Assembly: GCA_002371155.1 (NCBI GenBank)
Contig: DFGC01000005.1
Location: 93,888 to 138,045, forward strand
Length of the DNA stretch: 44,158 nucleotides
Direction of reading: 5' to 3'
Source: Alphaproteobacteria bacterium UBA3760
Lineage (GTDB): Bacteria; Pseudomonadota; Alphaproteobacteria; Rs-D84
The translations under genes were made by a program, and so were the position numbers. Positions 38,979 through 44,158 of the stretch are shown here, piece after piece (position 1 is the first letter of the stretch; every line of letters begins with the position of its first letter). A model generated the notes under the pieces. It was not told the DNA's origin. It saw only the letters and a list, made by a program, of their open reading frames with translations, and searched no databases.

Positions 38979-39215
38979 AAAAATAACCCCGCATTTTGCG
39001 GGGAATATTTTTTGATGGATGTATGGATAGACGAGAATCCATTATGGGGAGCGCAGCGACCGGGTTCGGAGACGGTAGTTGGTGAGAACAAGCCATTGAA
39101 AAAATTTTTTGTTTTAATTGGTTTGTTTGTTGTGGCGAAGTTCGAACCTTACGAGTCGATGACATAGTCATCAGTCCCTGTGCGTCCACCAAAAAATAAC
39201 CCCGCATTTTGCGGG
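38960..39215 (+). repeat. tRNA-linked direct repeat: 43-bp exact copies at 38960-39002 and 39173-39215
   Basis: AGTCCCTGTGCGTCCACCAAAAAATAACCCCGCATTTTGCGGG twice, period 213 bp; comprises tRNA last 19 nt plus terminator hairpin. Confidence 0.95.
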
Positions 39216-39218
39216 TTT

Positions 39219-39839
39219 TTTTGCAAATTACCCCGTCTGGTTCGTTTCACTCACCATCCACCCCTTCTTTGTGAAAGAAGGGGACGTCCGAGAATATATG
39301 TTGTCGCCCAGGATAATAAAAATGATTGCAAATTTACATGGTTTTGATATTTTTTTCAATATGAAATTACCACACAATAAATCTTTATATGGTTTGGCGC
39401 GCAATTTGCGAAATAACGGAACAAAAACAGAGGCAATTTTGTGGCGATATTTGAAAAAGAAAAATGGATATGGTTATCAATTTCATCGTCAGAAAAATAT
39501 TGGTCAATATATAGTCGATTTTTATTGTTCTGAATTGGCTTTGGTTATAGAAGTTGACGGTAATTCGCACGATAATAAATATGAATATGATAAAAAACGT
39601 GATGAATATTTAAAAGATTTAGGATTGTTGGTATTACATATTGAAAGTTCGGATGTGATTTTTTGTATTGATAAAGTATTATATGCAATCGAATCGTATA
39701 TGGAATATCAAATAAATAATCTAAAAAAATAATCATAAATTTATATTCTGGGCGAAACGGTTTAAACCGGATGTCCCCTTCTTTCACAAAGAAGGGGTGG
39801 ATGGTGAGTGAAACGAACCAGACGGGGTAATTTGCAAAA
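39219..39839. mobile_element. 621-bp cassette: DUF559 nuclease gene enclosed by 72-bp inverted repeats
   Basis: IRs 39219-39290 and 39768-39839 match at 71/72; each holds CCCCTTCTTT-GTG-AAAGAAGGGG; mobility inferred. Confidence 0.7.
39361..39732 (+). CDS. DUF559 / Vsr-like PD-(D/E)xK endonuclease domain protein
   Basis: ARNLRNNGTKTEAILW, FHRQKNIGQYIVDFYC, VIEVDGNSH, DKKRDEYL; notably AT-rich. Confidence 0.92.
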   Translation: MKLPHNKSLYGLARNLRNNGTKTEAILWRYLKKKNGYGYQFHRQKNIGQYIVDFYCSELALVIEVDGNSHDNKYEYDKKRDEYLKDLGLLVLHIESSDVIFCIDKVLYAIESYMEYQINNLKK

Positions 39840-39910
39840 TTAAAAATACCATTTTGTTATGTGGGGGGATTGTGGTATAATGTCTGTATTGAAATGCGAG
39901 AGGGATTTTA

Positions 39911-40918
39911 ATGTTGAAAAAGATTTTTTTATGTGTGTTTTCGGTGATGGTATTCGCAATGTCGGGCGCGTATGCGGCGGAGATTGATCCGCGGAAGTAT
40001 TGTGTCCTCCCGATGGTTGGGGTTAAATATGGTGTTGATACCAATGTAAGACCGAATATTAAAGCCGATTATGTGATTTATTTTGATAATAATAAAAGTG
40101 ATATTCCGGGAGATTGTAAAAATGCGGTAGGTGATATGGTTGCGGGGTTAGAGGCCGAGGCGCAAAATATCGAAACGGTGTTGTTGTTTGGTTCAACGGA
40201 TTCAACGGGTGGGGCGATGCATAATGCCAAATTGGGTCAGGCACGCGTCAATACGGTTGCAAAATTGTTAAAAGATAAAGGTATTGCAACATGCGAATAT
40301 GATGAAACAGGTAAAAATACGTTAAATCGTTGTGCGCGGATTAGTATCGGTGAATCGTTATATGCGGCGGTTGGGAGTAATAATGAGTCAAATAACATAG
40401 ATCGTGCGGTGTTTATGTTTGTGATTTATAAAGGGGATGTTTGTGATAAGGCGACATTGAATACATTAAATGCGTTGATTGAAAAAACGGAGGGTGATAT
40501 TAAAACAAATTTGCAAGAAGCCCAAAAAACATGTGGCGCAGAAAATCAATTATTATTGCGGTCAGGGCGTGAACAAATTATGTCGGCGATAAATGCGGCG
40601 GTTGAAAAATATCCAGATTTGGCTAAATTTGTTGATGCGAATATTTCGATAAAAATACTGGTCCAAAATATTGAAAATTCGCGTCAAAGTTTGGCGTCGG
40701 ATGCGTCGGTGTGGAAAACCGCAGATGGTAAATTTAATGTTGCGCGTTTGGCGTCTGATTCAATCGCGGGTGTTGTGTTGGGAACCGCCGGTGGAATTAT
40801 TACATCGAATGTCGTTAAAAAGAATCAAATTAAACGCGGATTCGATGATGTTATGTGCACTGTGGGCGGTCAATCGGTTGCCGATTGGGGCGATGAATTT
40901 CGTGTTGGTATCAGGTAA
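39911..40918 (+). CDS. Secreted OmpA-like peptidoglycan-binding domain protein with conserved 70-aa C-terminal module
   Basis: Signal peptide; IYFDNNKSDI, GSTDSTG..HNAKLGQARVNTV, DRAV; tail shared with 23525..24400. Confidence 0.8.
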   Translation: MLKKIFLCVFSVMVFAMSGAYAAEIDPRKYCVLPMVGVKYGVDTNVRPNIKADYVIYFDNNKSDIPGDCKNAVGDMVAGLEAEAQNIETVLLFGSTDSTGGAMHNAKLGQARVNTVAKLLKDKGIATCEYDETGKNTLNRCARISIGESLYAAVGSNNESNNIDRAVFMFVIYKGDVCDKATLNTLNALIEKTEGDIKTNLQEAQKTCGAENQLLLRSGREQIMSAINAAVEKYPDLAKFVDANISIKILVQNIENSRQSLASDASVWKTADGKFNVARLASDSIAGVVLGTAGGIITSNVVKKNQIKRGFDDVMCTVGGQSVADWGDEFRVGIR

Positions 40919-40936
40919 AATATAGGGGCATGCGTT

Positions 40937-41725
40937 ATGAAAAAAATGATTTTTGTTTTGGCGATAATGTTGATGTCTGGGGCGGTTGGGGCCGCGGAAC
41001 GCGGGGCGGCGCAACGCGTTGCAATTTCGCCACGCACAACCGTCACAACGGCGTTTATTACACAACAATCCAGTCTGAAATGGGATAAACCAAATCTGGG
41101 GACAAATGGTGTTGTCGCGGCAGAATCGGATGATGAAATAAATCGCGATGCGGAACGGTTGGCATGTATTTCTAATAATATCGGGGTTGGTAATACTTTT
41201 GTTTGGGCGTCAAAATACAGCAATACATCAAATTATTCAACCATGGTCGAAGATACCGAAAATCCGGAAAATAATGTTTGCTGGGTGCGGGTTGAACTGC
41301 GTTCGAATGACGCAAAAATCGATTTGTCGGATGTGCCGGGAAAATATTTCCAAATGGGAACGAATATTGAATGTGGGGCTTGGGCGGATGCCAATATGAT
41401 TGAAAAAAGAATTTTGGATGCGAAAAAATCTGCGCGCACATGGGCAACGGTCGCCGGCAGTGTCGGTGGCGCGGGAATCGGTGTGGGGGCCATGGAATTG
41501 TTCGGAAACAAATTGATTGGTGGCGCGGTTCAGGGTCAAAAGGGTATGAGCGAGGATGAATTGTTTGTTTTGCAATTGAAAGAATTAAAAACATCTGATA
41601 ATACCCGATATAATGAAATTGTTGCGACATTGAAAGCATTGAAAACCGCGTGTGATAGTGCGAGTGGTAATGCCGATTGCGCAAAAATACATTATAATGA
41701 TATTTTGACTGGGATTGAAAAATAG
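40937..41725 (+). CDS. Hypothetical secreted Cys-containing protein with glycine-zipper segment
   Basis: Signal peptide; VAGSVGGAGIGVGAM; 18 bp after upstream gene. Confidence 0.75.
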   Translation: MKKMIFVLAIMLMSGAVGAAERGAAQRVAISPRTTVTTAFITQQSSLKWDKPNLGTNGVVAAESDDEINRDAERLACISNNIGVGNTFVWASKYSNTSNYSTMVEDTENPENNVCWVRVELRSNDAKIDLSDVPGKYFQMGTNIECGAWADANMIEKRILDAKKSARTWATVAGSVGGAGIGVGAMELFGNKLIGGAVQGQKGMSEDELFVLQLKELKTSDNTRYNEIVATLKALKTACDSASGNADCAKIHYNDILTGIEK

Positions 41726-41730
41726 ATAAT

Positions 41731-41927
41731 GTGAGCAGGTTGGTATTTTATACCAACTGGATTCCGGCATGCGCCGGAATGACGACGGTTGAGAGCAGGT
41801 TGGTATTTCATACCAAACTAGTTCCGGCATGCATGGGGGCGACGATGGTCGAGAGCAGGTTGGTATTTCATACCAACTGGATTCCGGCATGCGCCGGAAT
41901 GACGATAGCCGAGAGCCGTATTTCATA
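41731..41927. repeat. Tandem array of about 3.3 x 60-bp REP/RPE-like palindromic units
   Basis: Units at 41731, 41791, 41851 plus partial at 41911; GTTGGTAT-TTC-ATACCAAC and GGATTCCGGCATGCGCCGGAATGACG. Confidence 0.92.
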
Positions 41928-41928
41928 A

Positions 41929-41960
41929 AAAAAACAAGTTGTTTTTGCAACTTGTTTTTT
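41929..41960. terminator. Bidirectional terminator
   Basis: AAAAAACAAGTTG-loop-CAACTTGTTTTTT between convergent genes. Confidence 0.75.
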
Positions 41961-41967
41961 TGTTTTT

Positions 41968-42696
41968 TTACATTTTGAAATCTTGCCCCAGATATACCCG
42001 TTTTACCGTATCATCGGCGGTGATTTCTTGGGCGGTGCCATGTTTTAATATCATGCCGTCGTGTAAAACATAACTGCGGTCGGTGATGCCCAATGTTTCG
42101 CGAACATTATGATCGGTTATAATAACCCCCAGTCCGCGGTCCTTTAACTGGGATACCAATGAACGAATTTCGTTCACCGCGATTGGGTCAATGCCGGCAA
42201 ATGGTTCGTCCAACAATATAAATTTTGGGTCGTTTGCCAATGCACGCGCAATTTCAACACGACGACGTTCGCCCCCCGACAGGGCGGTTGCCGGACTGTT
42301 GCGCAGGCGGGTTATGGAAAATTCGTCCAATAATGCGTCTAATTTTTTTTGTCGCATGGATTTGTCGGGTTCGACAACCTCGAGTATTGCCATGATATTT
42401 TGTTCAACGGTCAAACCACGAAAAACACTGTTTTCCTGGGGCAGGTATCCAATGTGCAACCGCGCCCGTTGCCAAAATGGCAGGTGTGTTATATCCTGGG
42501 AATTTAGAAATATTTGTCCCGATGTCGCGTTTAACTGGCCCGTTATGCAATAAAATGCCGTTGTTTTGCCCGCACCGTTTGGCCCCAATAAACCAACCGA
42601 TTCGCCTTGGCGGGCAATCATGGATATGTCGCGCAAAACCGTGCGTTTGCCATAATTTTTTGATAAATGTTCAATACGTAATACAGATTGCTTCAT
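41968..42696 (-). CDS. lptB: LPS export ABC ATPase LptB
   Basis: GPNGAGKTT, GYLPQE, LSGGERRRVEIARAL, DEPFAGIDP, ITDHNVRETL, VYLG. Confidence 0.96.
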   Translation of the reverse strand: MKQSVLRIEHLSKNYGKRTVLRDISMIARQGESVGLLGPNGAGKTTAFYCITGQLNATSGQIFLNSQDITHLPFWQRARLHIGYLPQENSVFRGLTVEQNIMAILEVVEPDKSMRQKKLDALLDEFSITRLRNSPATALSGGERRRVEIARALANDPKFILLDEPFAGIDPIAVNEIRSLVSQLKDRGLGVIITDHNVRETLGITDRSYVLHDGMILKHGTAQEITADDTVKRVYLGQDFKM

Positions 42697-43172
42697 AATT
42701 TTATCACCATTTCCGAAGTTGTTATTTTGTCGCCGTTACTGGAATCAACATGAACATTGCCAATCAGTCGTATGTTGCGTTTCGATTGGTTGTATTCAGC
42801 CGTATTTGCGCGAATATTGTCAGTTATATTTTTGCCGTTTTCTTGGCGGACAATCGTGCCACGAATCGTGTCCAGATATATTACATCTGGATTTGAATAT
42901 TCTTGGTGGCCCGATTTCGCATACAATGTGAACGGTTGACCGTTGCGGTCAAACCCAGAAAAATTTGCGTCCGTCATTTTGAATTGGTTGCTGGCAATAT
43001 CAATCATATTTATTGCCGATATTGGTGTCCATAATAATTGTCGCGTGAACACCGCACCCGCCGCCAATGCCGCAACCATAACCAATCCCCACCCAGTAAA
43101 TAAAAATTGCCACAGTCGGGTCAAACGACGGTGCTTTTTGAAAATAATAAAATTTCTGTTATCGGATGCCAT
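42693..43172 (-). CDS. lptC: LPS export protein LptC
   Basis: Single TM then beta-jellyroll-like FSGFDRNGQPFTLYA..LIGNVHV; ATGA overlap with lptB; alternative start 43193. Confidence 0.8.
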   Translation of the reverse strand: MASDNRNFIIFKKHRRLTRLWQFLFTGWGLVMVAALAAGAVFTRQLLWTPISAINMIDIASNQFKMTDANFSGFDRNGQPFTLYAKSGHQEYSNPDVIYLDTIRGTIVRQENGKNITDNIRANTAEYNQSKRNIRLIGNVHVDSSNGDKITTSEMVIKL

Positions 43173-43257
43173 ACGATTATGTTGCCACACCATAAATAAA
43201 AAAGCAATTTTTATATTTATTATGCTGTTTTTTTGTGATATAATTACCCCAAGAGAG

Positions 43258-44070
43258 ATGAGAAAATATTTTGCGTTTTTTATAGCCGCAATTGTGTGCG
43301 TCGCCGGTTTTGGTGCGATGGCGGCTGAATTTCAAGTCAAAAAATCATCAAGTGTTAAAAAGCAAGAACAATCGGGATTGGAAAGTGTGACGTCAAATTC
43401 TTTGTTGCCGGGGGTGGTGAATTTGGTGACAAATGTTGCCGCGTTAAATAAACAACAAAAAGAATTAAATGCCGAATGTGCGCCAACGCAATCTGAATTG
43501 AACTGGGTCAATAATATGGTCAAAGAATATGCCAAAATTGGCGAGGTCAGTGCCGAAGAAATGCTGAAAATGGTTGGTGATGAAAAGTGCGAGTCTGGCG
43601 ACAGTTTTGAATATTCGGTGCAAAACAGCCTGCGTTCCAATTTTGCCCCGTGTGTTGATGTGTTTGATTCACTAACCGAAACTAGCATGATTTGGTATGG
43701 ATATCCCAAGGCGTCCAAGGCGGAATACTGTGCCGATGGCATGGCGGTATGTAATGCGTCAAAAAAGAAAACATATTCCAACATTTACAAAATTTTTGGC
43801 GCGATTGATTTTACCGATGTTGACTATACCGCGGACGAGGCCAACATGTATGTCAAATTTATGGAAAAAACCGAAAAGTGTGCGCCTGAAAAAATCAGTG
43901 CTCGCAATCGCGAAGCATACAAAAACTTTTTAACATCGACCATTTCCAATGCCGGGCAATCAACCAACACCGGTGCCGTTTTAGATGCCATTGGCGGCAT
44001 GGTTGGCAATTCCGGTTTGGGGGGTGTGTCTAATCTGGCCCCGACCGTCATCCAATTTTTAGATAAATAA
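43258..44070 (+). CDS. Hypothetical secreted Cys-containing protein
   Basis: TGnTATAAT and GAGAG upstream; signal peptide ending AMA-A; Gly-rich C-terminal helix. Confidence 0.75.
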   Translation: MRKYFAFFIAAIVCVAGFGAMAAEFQVKKSSSVKKQEQSGLESVTSNSLLPGVVNLVTNVAALNKQQKELNAECAPTQSELNWVNNMVKEYAKIGEVSAEEMLKMVGDEKCESGDSFEYSVQNSLRSNFAPCVDVFDSLTETSMIWYGYPKASKAEYCADGMAVCNASKKKTYSNIYKIFGAIDFTDVDYTADEANMYVKFMEKTEKCAPEKISARNREAYKNFLTSTISNAGQSTNTGAVLDAIGGMVGNSGLGGVSNLAPTVIQFLDK

Positions 44071-44158
44071 TGGGCATCTGCTGGGTATTCGCTCGCTCAT
44101 GTAGCGGGTTGTACACTTCACTCGCGAATACCGGCGCATCTGCCACATTATTTATCTA
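44060..44158. repeat. Palindromic miniature element (RPE-1/MITE-like) with TAGA...TCTA termini
   Basis: TAGATAAATAATG (44060-44072) / CATTATTTATCTA (44146-44158) perfect IR; inner GGTATTCGC/GCGAATACC. Confidence 0.75.

Noticed and set aside
39096-39167. Signal-peptide-like mini-ORF (TTG)KKFFVLIGLFVVAK in the tRNA repeat spacer
   Set aside because: Coincides with the T-rich arm of a hairpin, has a TTG start and only 23 codons; probably incidental.
38960-39215. attL/attR of an intact prophage or genomic island
   Set aside because: Only 170 bp between copies and no integrase in the window; a decayed scar cannot be fully excluded.
39271-39360. ORF-track N-terminal extension of the DUF559 gene
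   Set aside because: The GTG start lies in the IR hairpin loop (mirrored by spurious ORF 39545..39787); family similarity begins at ATG 39361.
39219-39839. Classical IS element
   Set aside because: No DDE, HUH or serine/tyrosine recombinase motifs and no target-site duplication seen.
41731-41927. CRISPR array
   Set aside because: The whole 60-bp unit is repeated, so there are no unique spacers; no cas genes in the window.
41731-41928. 65-aa ORF (and antisense 41585..41950) as real genes
   Set aside because: Open frames arise from the 60-bp repeat; no RBS or other support.
42943-43257. N-terminal extension of ORF 42943..44070 (likewise mutL from 289 and yajC from 2869)
   Set aside because: Overlaps neighbouring genes or terminators; downstream ATGs have RBS/promoter or signal-peptide support.

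Overview
Gene-dense, prophage-free chromosomal segment of an alphaproteobacterium (Ros/MucR, RHH_4, alpha-type DksA/FtsK, SPOR-tatA and tatBC-nlpD remnants). The compact style and orphan secreted proteins suggest an uncultured host-associated lineage such as Rs-D84; this is inference only. Most genes lie on the G/T-rich + strand and are housekeeping: greA, mutL, yajC-secDF, ftsK, rarA, trmB, gltX, thrS, dksA, trxA, sufS/sufT/sufE, ftsL-ftsI, recJ, lolA, tatABC, nlpD, lptCB, tRNA-Lys(CTT). Features of note: (1) a DUF559-type nuclease gene enclosed by 72-bp near-perfect, hairpin-containing inverted repeats, next to a structured tRNA-linked direct repeat; (2) two otherwise unrelated secreted proteins sharing a 70-aa C-terminal module (51/70 identical); (3) an in-frame YbeY-Lnt fusion; (4) a membrane-anchored GH24 lysozyme-like + TPR protein outside any prophage; (5) an unannotated Thr-rich leader peptide before thrS; (6) two further palindromic repeat families; (7) several apparent pseudoenzymes and zinc-less regulators. 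All family calls come from motif recognition by eye; no searches were run.
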